39,768 bases of DNA, taken from a virus. Shown here piece by piece: positions 18,387 to 25,178 of the stretch (position 1 is its first letter; the number at the start of each line of letters is the position of its first letter). Under the pieces are notes generated by a model. The model saw only the letters and a program-made list of their open reading frames with translations, did no database searches and was not told where the DNA came from. The translations under genes and the position numbers were made by a program. Location: the IMG/VR virus record IMGVR_UViG_3300020039_000041; one strand, 5' to 3'.

Positions 18387-19469
18387 ATGTATTACGTCAA
18401 AACAGGTTACGGGTGTGGACTCAAGGTTTCCCTCGTCCAACCCTCCGGGGCCGCCGTTGACCTCCGCAAGGTTCGTTATATCGGCGCGGTTCTCCGGCTC
18501 CCGGGCGGTCAAACAATGACCGTTTCGGACATCAATTTCGACGAACTCACGAATAACGTATTTGTCCGCCTCCTCCCGACCCGGGAACTCACGACCGAGG
18601 GCAATTATGCAATTGTGTTCAACGTCAAGTTGTCCGACAACACAATGTATTCAACCCAACTCGTCGAAATTATCAACGTCGACGCCGACAATCCGGCCGG
18701 GTACATCGAAACCACAATCGCAATGTCCCTCACGGTGGTAAATTTCCCCTCGAACGTGGACGTTACGGGTTGTTCGCCGAAAGTAAGCGACAACAATACG
18801 TGGTTAGTGTACGACGACAACCTCAACGCGTACGTTGACACCGGGGTTTCCGTCGGTTACGCCGAACTCACGACCCGTTACGACGGTGTGTTCGCGTCAA
18901 TCATTACCCCGGCAACCGAGGCGACCGACGCCGCCAATACCGCCGCCGGAAACGCGAACGACGCCGCCGCCTCTGCAACCTCGGCGGGCGCGTATGCAAG
19001 CGAAAAAGCACAGGCGGCCGAGTCCGCCGCCGGGAACGCCTCGGAAAAGGCCGCCGCCGCGAATACCGCCGCCGCGAACGCAAATGAAAAAGCAACGGCC
19101 GCGAACAATGCCGCAAGCGCGGCAAACGACGCCGCCTCCGCCGCGACGTCGGCCGCCGCCGCCGCAACCGCCGCCGTCGTGAATATGGACACCGTTTTCG
19201 GGGTCCTCGCACACGCCGACGCGACGATTGAAAAGAAACTCGATACCCTCGCGAAACTTGTTATCGGGATTATCTCCGGAACTGTTCTCGTCGAGAAACT
19301 CAACGTACGGAACCTCGGTGTTTGGGGTGACAACAACCTCGTCGTCGTGGGTTCCGGTGCGCCGACCGCGAAACCGGACCGCGCGGGTCAAATCTACATT
19401 GACAAGACCAACAACGCGACGTATAAGTCGACCGGAAATTCGGCCGTATCCGATTGGAAAACCATTTAA
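18387..19469 (+). CDS. Fibre protein 2 (paralog of 17446-18360 with a longer Ala-rich stalk)
   Basis: The ATG at 18387 lies within ORF 18345-19469. The stalk is TEATDAANTAAGNANDAAASATSAG...AAANANEKATAANNAASAANDAASAATSAAAAATAAV. The C-terminus is ...LNVRNLGVWGDNNLVVVGSGAPTAKPDRAGQIYIDKTNNATYKSTGNSAVSDWKTI. Confidence 0.6.
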   Translation: MYYVKTGYGCGLKVSLVQPSGAAVDLRKVRYIGAVLRLPGGQTMTVSDINFDELTNNVFVRLLPTRELTTEGNYAIVFNVKLSDNTMYSTQLVEIINVDADNPAGYIETTIAMSLTVVNFPSNVDVTGCSPKVSDNNTWLVYDDNLNAYVDTGVSVGYAELTTRYDGVFASIITPATEATDAANTAAGNANDAAASATSAGAYASEKAQAAESAAGNASEKAAAANTAAANANEKATAANNAASAANDAASAATSAAAAATAAVVNMDTVFGVLAHADATIEKKLDTLAKLVIGIISGTVLVEKLNVRNLGVWGDNNLVVVGSGAPTAKPDRAGQIYIDKTNNATYKSTGNSAVSDWKTI

Positions 19470-19481
19470 TAAACTACAATT

Positions 19482-20798
19482 ATGCAAGTCAACAATTACG
19501 AAACAAAGGCCGCATACGAGGCCGACAACACCCGGTCGAGGACCGCGTCGGCCGTGTCAAAGATTGTCGAGGAATCCGCCGCAATTTTTGACGGCGTGAA
19601 CACCGTTGTTTACGACAAGAACCTCGCCGGAATCGGCGACCTCGTCGTTAAGGACACCGTCCGAAACGTCCTCGCGTTCATCAAGGCCGGAACGGTCAAG
19701 AAAACCCAAATCCCCGCAACCCTCAAACCCGTTGCGGAGGTGTTCGGCCGCAAGGGGGACAAGGTCCTCATTACCGCCCTCGAAAACCTTTCCGCCCGTT
19801 GGGGACATCCTTTCGAGGTCCTCATTTCGGGAATCAACAACGCCCTCGGCGGAACCCTCGCAATCGTCGTTCACAACAACGGCGCATTGACCGAGGAGGT
19901 CGACGTTTCGTGGGAGGCGGACGCCTCCCTCGAGTCAATCGCCGCGAGTATCAACGCACAGTTCCAAACCCTCACCGACGCCGACGATAAGGCGTGGGTC
20001 GCCTCGGTTCTCGGAAATCAAATCATCCTCGCGCACAATTACAACCTCAAGGACACCGTCGATTCCATAACCGGGACCGGAGGCGGCGCGGGTGTTACCT
20101 TTGTGGAGGACGACCACAATTGGCAAGTCGAATACGCGTACCTTTCCGGCGCGGAGTCTATCCGCCGAAACAACGGCGTCGATTCCTATTTCGCCGGGGG
20201 TAATTACAAGAAATTCCTCGACTATTACAAGACGAACGGGTCCGTCCCGGACGCAAACGTCCCCCTCGGTTCGTCAACGATAGTCAAACAAGACGCGTTC
20301 GAGAACTCCGAGTATTGCGCCGACCTCCGCGCCGCGTATCCGGATTATTCCTCGTACCTGTTCGGCGAACATTTCGCACAGTATCCGAACGCATACGGCG
20401 CAATGTTGCGCGACGGCAAGGAAACAACCGACCTCCTCGCCTCCCTCAAGGGGACCGTCGTTCGCGGTGCGAACGAACCCCGTTTCCCCGCCGCCGCCGC
20501 CGCGAAAAATTACGCGGTCGCCGACGCCCCGGAAATTGATTGGTGGTTGCCGTCCGTCGAGGAAATCCTTTTGTTAATGGCCGAACGTCGTTTGAACTCC
20601 GCCGACACAATGGAGGACCCGTTCAACGACACCGCCGTTGAAATGCAGACCGCGACCGCATACGGTAACGGTTATTACCCGTGGACCTGTTGCGAGTATT
20701 ACAGTAACTACGCGTTCCTCTTTAACGGCACCAACGGCACCGTGTACGACACCAGCAAGGTCAACGCGTACACGGTTCGTCCCGTTTCCGCTTTGTAG
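19482..20798 (+). CDS. DGR target protein 1 (receptor-binding protein candidate with a DUF1566/C-type-lectin-like C-terminus)
   Basis: 438 aa. The C-terminus, IDWWLPSVEEILLLMAERRL...YYPWTCCEYYSNYAFLFNGTNGTVYDTSKVNAYTVRPVSAL, contains VR1 in its last 35 codons. Confidence 0.85.
   Translation: MQVNNYETKAAYEADNTRSRTASAVSKIVEESAAIFDGVNTVVYDKNLAGIGDLVVKDTVRNVLAFIKAGTVKKTQIPATLKPVAEVFGRKGDKVLITALENLSARWGHPFEVLISGINNALGGTLAIVVHNNGALTEEVDVSWEADASLESIAASINAQFQTLTDADDKAWVASVLGNQIILAHNYNLKDTVDSITGTGGGAGVTFVEDDHNWQVEYAYLSGAESIRRNNGVDSYFAGGNYKKFLDYYKTNGSVPDANVPLGSSTIVKQDAFENSEYCADLRAAYPDYSSYLFGEHFAQYPNAYGAMLRDGKETTDLLASLKGTVVRGANEPRFPAAAAAKNYAVADAPEIDWWLPSVEEILLLMAERRLNSADTMEDPFNDTAVEMQTATAYGNGYYPWTCCEYYSNYAFLFNGTNGTVYDTSKVNAYTVRPVSAL
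20690..20795 (+). repeat. DGR variable region VR1
   Basis: Aligns to TR 21384-21489 with 15 mismatches. 14 fall at TR adenines and 1 at a TR thymine. Confidence 0.9.
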
Positions 20799-20820
20799 AC
20801 GGTTCAAAAGTTTTTCAGTT

Positions 20821-20865
20821 GGCGCGGCGGTTCGTCCGCTTGACGGCGACCGTCCGCGCCTTTTC
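20821..20865 (+). terminator. GC-rich extended hairpin plus T-run downstream of VR1 (a terminator and possibly the DGR target-recognition hairpin)
   Basis: ggcgcgg (20821-27) pairs with ccgcgcc (20854-60). Inner pairings are cggt/accg and cgtc/gacg. tttt follows. Confidence 0.65.
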
Positions 20866-20879
20866 ATATTTCGGAAATA

Positions 20880-21335
20880 ATGTCACATCCAAAAACAAGA
20901 CTCTCGATAATTGACAAACTCGACGTCCTCGGGAAAGAATACCGATTCTCGTTGAAATTGTATCCGACGGTCGAGAATTTCGACCGGAAATTCAAGTTCA
21001 CAATCGGCGACCGGATTATCGACGCCGAGGAAAGGGCCGAGGAACTTATTATCGACGCAAACAGGACGACCGACCCCCTCAAGGCGGCCGGGTTCCTCCA
21101 CGACGCGTTGACCGAGTTTGAGAAAATCGAAACGAAACTCCGGAGGGCAACCGCCCCCGGCCTGTTATCGCCGGATACCGAGGGATTGTTATTCGTGGAT
21201 TTGGACGACATAAGGGGCGACGCGAAACATTGGAGGTCCTACTTTTTGAAAGAGTACAAACGACAACAAAAAGAGGGTCGGAGTTCCGGAGGGGAACAGG
21301 AACACCCCGCCGGGAGTGAACCCACAATGAATTGA
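20880..21335 (+). CDS. avd: DGR accessory variability determinant (Avd-like)
   Basis: 151 aa, predicted helical. FSLKLYPTVENFDRKFKFTIGDRIIDAEERAEELIIDANR...LHDALTEFEKIETKLRRA fits the four-helix-bundle Avd / 23S-IVS-protein pattern. It sits in the canonical position between the target gene and TR. Confidence 0.6.
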   Translation: MSHPKTRLSIIDKLDVLGKEYRFSLKLYPTVENFDRKFKFTIGDRIIDAEERAEELIIDANRTTDPLKAAGFLHDALTEFEKIETKLRRATAPGLLSPDTEGLLFVDLDDIRGDAKHWRSYFLKEYKRQQKEGRSSGGEQEHPAGSEPTMN

Positions 21336-21383
21336 TTATTTGAGAAAAGGTCCGGCCCCTCTCATTTAGACGGGTCGGAAAAC

Positions 21384-21492
21384 TTGCGAGTATAACAGTA
21401 ACAACGCGTTCATCTTTAACGGCAACAACGGCAACGTGAACAACAACAACAAGTACAACACGAACACGGTTCGTCCCGTTTCCGAATTTCTC
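21384..21492 (+). repeat. DGR template repeat (TR)
   Basis: A-rich and built of AAC codons in the VR reading frame (...aacaacggcaacgtgaacaacaacaacaagtacaacacgaac...). I count about 34 adenines. It shares the invariant 3' block acggttcgtcccgtttccg with both VRs. Confidence 0.9.
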
Positions 21493-22788
21493 GATAATAC
21501 CTCGGGAAATCCGGTGTTCGCGGCCCTTGTTTCCGAAATATTCCGGGCGTATCATATTTGTTTGTCGAACAAGGCAAACACCCCGCCCGCGTTACGGTTC
21601 CGCCTCGACGAGGCGGAGAATCTTTCCTCCCTTTGTCGGGAGGTCTATAATTTTGAGTACATCCCCCGTCCGTCAATCGCGTTTATCGTCACCGTCCCGT
21701 GTCCCCGGGAGGTGGTCGCGGCCGATTTCCGGGACCGGATTATTCATCATTATATCGTTATGAAACTCGAACCCCTGTTCGAGGGGTTGCACGTGTTCCA
21801 CCCGGACGTATATTCGTGTCGAGTCGGAAAGGGCAACCTCGCCGCAATCGAAAGGTTGCGGGACCGGATTTGGGTTGAATCAAAGGGTTACACGGTCCCG
21901 TGTTACGTCGCCTCGTTTGACCTACAATCGTTTTTTATGTCAATCGACAAACGGCGTTTATACGACGAACTCGTCGCCCTCGTACAAGAAAATTATTTCG
22001 ATTGGGACAAGGATTATTTGTTGTACCTTATCCGGGTAACGACATTTAATTCTCCCACGGAACACGCGATTCGACATTCCCCGTTGTCGGCGTGGGAACT
22101 CCTCCCGAAACACAAATCGTTGTACAATTTGGATTGGTTCCTCGGACTCGCAATCGGGAATTTGCCGTCGCAAACCGACGCGAATTTCTACAATTCGCCG
22201 TTCGTGTGGTGGTTGGTCGAGGTCGGCCTCGCCCCTGTTAATTACGTCGACGATTTTTACATCGTCGACCGGGACAAGGAAAAAATCCTCTCCGCAATGC
22301 CACATATCCGGACGTATCTTTCAACGGAACGTGGGTTGACCTTACATCCGCGCAAATTCGAGTTGCAACCCGTCGAACGCGGGTTCAAGTGTTTGGGCGG
22401 TATTGTGAAAGACGGCGAAATCTATGTCAACAAACGAACCGTTGCGCGTTGCTTTTGCAAAATCCATTGGTACAACGAGGAGGTCGGAAAGACACACCGA
22501 CACCGCGCCAAATACGCGGAAAAGTTCGTCGGAATCCTCAATTCGTACCTCGGGATTATGTCGCATTATTCGTCCGGGTCGACGCGTCGAAAGATTGCCG
22601 AAACCGTGTTGTCCGTTTGGGAGGGTTATATCGTATTCGACGAGGCGTTCACAAAGGCCCGTCCCGTATCGAAATATTGTCGGTTGAAACAGGCGCGATT
22701 CCACGCCCGCGTGAACCGACGGAACGATTTGTCAATTATAAACCAATTCAACAATGAACAATCGAGAATCAATCGTTCGTCGAATTGA
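21436..22788 (+). CDS. DGR reverse transcriptase (GTG start at 21436, or more likely 21514)
   Basis: RT domain motifs are AADFRDRIIHHYIV, the DGR-typical LAIGNLPSQ (I/LGxxxSQ) and NYVDDFYIV. There is no in-frame ATG near the 5' end. Confidence 0.9.
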   Translation: MNNNNKYNTNTVRPVSEFLDNTSGNPVFAALVSEIFRAYHICLSNKANTPPALRFRLDEAENLSSLCREVYNFEYIPRPSIAFIVTVPCPREVVAADFRDRIIHHYIVMKLEPLFEGLHVFHPDVYSCRVGKGNLAAIERLRDRIWVESKGYTVPCYVASFDLQSFFMSIDKRRLYDELVALVQENYFDWDKDYLLYLIRVTTFNSPTEHAIRHSPLSAWELLPKHKSLYNLDWFLGLAIGNLPSQTDANFYNSPFVWWLVEVGLAPVNYVDDFYIVDRDKEKILSAMPHIRTYLSTERGLTLHPRKFELQPVERGFKCLGGIVKDGEIYVNKRTVARCFCKIHWYNEEVGKTHRHRAKYAEKFVGILNSYLGIMSHYSSGSTRRKIAETVLSVWEGYIVFDEAFTKARPVSKYCRLKQARFHARVNRRNDLSIINQFNNEQSRINRSSN

Positions 22789-23026
22789 CGAACTCGAGTC
22801 CGAGAACCTCGGCCTCCTTGCGACAATGAAAAAATCCGACGCCCACGCGGAAAAGTGTTCGAAACTCGGACTCTCATTCGCGGAAACGTACCCGGAGGAC
22901 CTCGCGGAATATCGCGCCGCGAACGCAAAGTACAACGAAAACGAGGTCGAAATCGAGAACCTCAAACAGGAACTCGCCGACCTCCCGGAGGAGGAATCCC
23001 CGGAACCCGTAATCGAGGAGGAGTAA
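22754..23026 (+). CDS. Small acidic coiled-coil protein, unknown function
   Basis: 90 aa. Overlaps the RT 3' end by 35 nt in another frame. Contains IDELESENLGLLATMKK...EVEIENLKQELADLPEEE. Confidence 0.55.
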   Translation: MNNRESIVRRIDELESENLGLLATMKKSDAHAEKCSKLGLSFAETYPEDLAEYRAANAKYNENEVEIENLKQELADLPEEESPEPVIEEE

Positions 23027-23030
23027 CACA

Positions 23031-23297
23031 ATGAAACACGCCGGAACCATAATTTTTTGGATTTGTCTTGCCGTTTCCGCCGGACTCCTAATCGCCGGAT
23101 TTATTGTTCCTCCGACGGGCGTTATCGACGGAACCGTCTTGTCGGGCGTCGGTGAACTGTTCGCGTTCGCCGCCCTCGGCGAGGTCCCCGTCGTCGTCCG
23201 GGAGTCAAAGTCCGCAAAGATTACGGCCGGAAACAAGACAATCGAAATCACCGGGAACGGCTCGGGAAAACAGGACGCCGACCCCGGGGAGAAATAA
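23031..23297 (+). CDS. Membrane protein, holin candidate 1
   Basis: 88 aa with two hydrophobic segments (IIFWICLAVSAGLLIAGFIV; LSGVGELFAFAALG). Lies upstream of the endolysin. Confidence 0.55.
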   Translation: MKHAGTIIFWICLAVSAGLLIAGFIVPPTGVIDGTVLSGVGELFAFAALGEVPVVVRESKSAKITAGNKTIEITGNGSGKQDADPGEK

Positions 23298-23311
23298 AAA
23301 CCTTTTGTATT

Positions 23312-23587
23312 ATGTTTACAATCGTTAAAAGTACGGACAAGTGGTTGCACGCCCTCGCGTCGGCCCTTATTGTAACCTCGGCGTTCCTCATTCTCGCCGG
23401 GGCCGGGGTCGTCGGTTGGTTGGCCGCCGTCCTTGCGGTCGTTATTGCGGCCCTCGCCGGAGTCGGCAAAGAGTATTTAATCGACGTCTACATTCAGCAC
23501 GAAACCGCCGAGGTTGGCGACCTTATCGCCGACGGAATCGGAATCGTCGTCGGGTTAATCCCCGTTATCCTGTTCCTCGTCCTTTGA
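23312..23587 (+). CDS. Membrane protein, holin candidate 2
   Basis: 91 aa with three hydrophobic segments. Lies immediately upstream of the endolysin. Confidence 0.55.
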   Translation: MFTIVKSTDKWLHALASALIVTSAFLILAGAGVVGWLAAVLAVVIAALAGVGKEYLIDVYIQHETAEVGDLIADGIGIVVGLIPVILFLVL

Positions 23588-23588
23588 T

Positions 23589-24233
23589 ATGTTACGGAAA
23601 CCGATTATCCTAATTGACAACGGACACGGTATCGACACTCCCGGGAAAAGGTCGCCCGACGGCCTTTTCCGGGAGTATAAATACGCCCGGGAAATCGCTT
23701 GCGGCGTCGCGGACTGTTTACAGGCCCTCGGCGAAACCGTGTTCCTCCTCGTCAAGGAAACGAACGACGTTCCACTCGCCGAACGTGTCGCCCGCGTCAA
23801 CGCGTATTGTCGGCAATACGGGACCGGAAACGTTATCGTCGTGTCAATCCACGTTAACGCCGGGCCGGGTTCCGGTTGGTCGGCCGCGCGTGGTTGGTGC
23901 GTCTATACGTCACCCGGGCAAACCGTGTCCGATACAATCGCGACACATTTGTTCGCGGCCGCCTCGGAGGAACTCAAACACGCGGGTTATTTTGACACGT
24001 TCAAACCGGGCGTTCAAAAACCCCTCCGGAAAGACTATTCCGACGGCGACCCCGACATCGAGGAGGCGTTTTATATCCTCCGGAAAACCGCGTGTCCGGC
24101 CGTATTGACGGAAAATTGTTTCCAAAACAACCGGGAGGACGTCGCGTTCCTCACATCCGACAAGGGAAAGGGCGCAATTATCGCCCTCCACGTTGACGGA
24201 ATCCTCAATTACTTAAAAGACATCCGGAAATGA
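23589..24233 (+). CDS. Endolysin, N-acetylmuramoyl-L-alanine amidase (Amidase_3 type)
   Basis: 214 aa. Motifs are ILIDNGHGIDTPGKRSP, VVSIHVNAGPG and AVLTENCFQNNREDVAFL. Confidence 0.88.
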   Translation: MLRKPIILIDNGHGIDTPGKRSPDGLFREYKYAREIACGVADCLQALGETVFLLVKETNDVPLAERVARVNAYCRQYGTGNVIVVSIHVNAGPGSGWSAARGWCVYTSPGQTVSDTIATHLFAAASEELKHAGYFDTFKPGVQKPLRKDYSDGDPDIEEAFYILRKTACPAVLTENCFQNNREDVAFLTSDKGKGAIIALHVDGILNYLKDIRK

Positions 24234-24778
24234 AAACCGAAACCGTAATCCTCCTCGTCCTCGTCGCCGTGGTCGCGTTTTTCGTCGGCCGGGGAACCGT
24301 TCCCCGGGTCGTCGAGGGCGTCGTCACGACATCGGACACAACAACGACGTATTCGCACGTTAAGGACACGACCGGGGTTCCGGTGGACCGGGAACCCGTC
24401 CGGACCGATACGGCGCGATTTGCGGCCGTTTCTCGGCCTGTTGCGGCCCGTCCCGCGAAACCCGCCGAGAACCCGGCCCCTCCGGAGGCGGCCGCCGACA
24501 CAACAGGGACCGCCCCGGCGGATTCCGTCGACGTCCTCGTCCCGATTGAACGCGTAACCGTCGAGGGGGAGAATTACACCGCCGTTCTCGAGGGATACCG
24601 ACCGTCCATTGTTGAAATGAACCTCCGGATTCCGACAACTACAATCAATAACAACCGGACCGTTACGACCCGGAAACGTTGGTCGTTCGTCGTCGGTCCT
24701 CAAATCGGCGTGGGATACGGGGCCGGGGGATTTACCCCGTATGTCGGAGTCGGTGTTTCGTTCGGTTATTGCTTTTGA
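24230..24778 (+). CDS. Membrane-anchored lysis accessory protein (spanin-like, putative)
   Basis: 182 aa. Has an N-terminal TM segment (VILLVLVAVVAFFVG), a Pro/Ala/Thr linker and a Gly-rich C-terminus (GPQIGVGYGAGGFTPYVGVGVSFGY). ATGA-coupled to the amidase gene. Confidence 0.5.
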   Translation: MKTETVILLVLVAVVAFFVGRGTVPRVVEGVVTTSDTTTTYSHVKDTTGVPVDREPVRTDTARFAAVSRPVAARPAKPAENPAPPEAAADTTGTAPADSVDVLVPIERVTVEGENYTAVLEGYRPSIVEMNLRIPTTTINNNRTVTTRKRWSFVVGPQIGVGYGAGGFTPYVGVGVSFGYCF

Positions 24779-24830
24779 GAATTATTTTGTACCTTTGTTC
24801 CGTTCAATAATGAAAATTGAATGTGCGTTC

Positions 24831-24870
24831 GAGGTCGTCCCGGTGCGTTTGGGACGGCCTCGATTTCGTT
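24831..24870 (+). terminator. Hairpin after the lysis cassette (weak terminator)
   Basis: gaggtcgtccc-N9-gggacggcctc forms 11 bp with one G:T pair, followed by gatttcgtt. Confidence 0.45.
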
Positions 24871-24916
24871 AATTCCGGGTTTCGTTGACGAACGGTTGAC
24901 AAAAAGAGTAACAAAA

Positions 24917-24960
24917 AACGCCCTAAATCGTTGATAATTAGCGAAATAGGGCGTTTATTT
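24917..24960. terminator. Possible bidirectional terminator (large loop)
   Basis: aaaaaacgccct...agggcgtttatttt: 8-bp arms, a 23-nt loop, an A-run upstream and a T-run downstream. Confidence 0.35.
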
Positions 24961-25115
24961 TGTGGTGCTGGGAACGACCGAACGGTTGCAAGGTCGGGAT
25001 TTTGTAAGTTGTTGAGAATTCCGGCGAAATCGGCCTTTGTGCAATGTCTTGCAAGGTTTCCACGGCGAGGATTGCAACGCCGGGATTGCGCCCCATTGCA
25101 ATAATCCGCAAACAG

Positions 25116-25158
25116 GTTGACGAAAATTCGGGTTTTTGTCAACGGTTTTGTATCTTTG
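25116..25158 (+). promoter_or_regulatory. Integrase promoter region: imperfect palindrome followed by a TATCTTTG -7 box
   Basis: gttgacgaaaa-N6-tttttgtcaac (one mismatch) at 25116-25143. The -7 box is at 25151-25158 and the ATG at 25179. Confidence 0.5.
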
Positions 25159-25178
25159 CGGGGTACAAATTGGAAAAT

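Larger units (their letters stand above)
19482..22788 (+). mobile_element. Diversity-generating retroelement cassette (target/VR1 - avd - TR - RT)
   Basis: A 106-nt VR/TR pair differs almost only at TR adenines. An Avd-like ORF lies between them, and the RT has the IGxxxSQ and YVDD motifs. Confidence 0.9.

Noticed and set aside
21436-22788. The reverse transcriptase as a retron, group II intron or Abi-type RT
   Set aside because: The RT sits beside a TR/VR pair with adenine-specific differences and an Avd-like gene, and it carries the DGR-typical IGxxxSQ motif. No intron RNA domains, maturase or endonuclease extension, or msr/msd-like inverted repeats were seen.
24960-25110. Possible tRNA or tRNA fragment at the attP-side region
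   Set aside because: I could not fold a cloverleaf, and there is no GTTCGAATC-type T-arm followed by an acceptor stem. Only short direct and inverted repeats are present.
25044-25178. Upstream extension of the integrase ORF (ATG at 25044)
   Set aside because: The extension runs through the repeat-rich regulatory region and through the TATCTTTG box at 25151-25158. The conserved Bacteroidota integrase N-terminus (MPTIKK...) begins at 25179.
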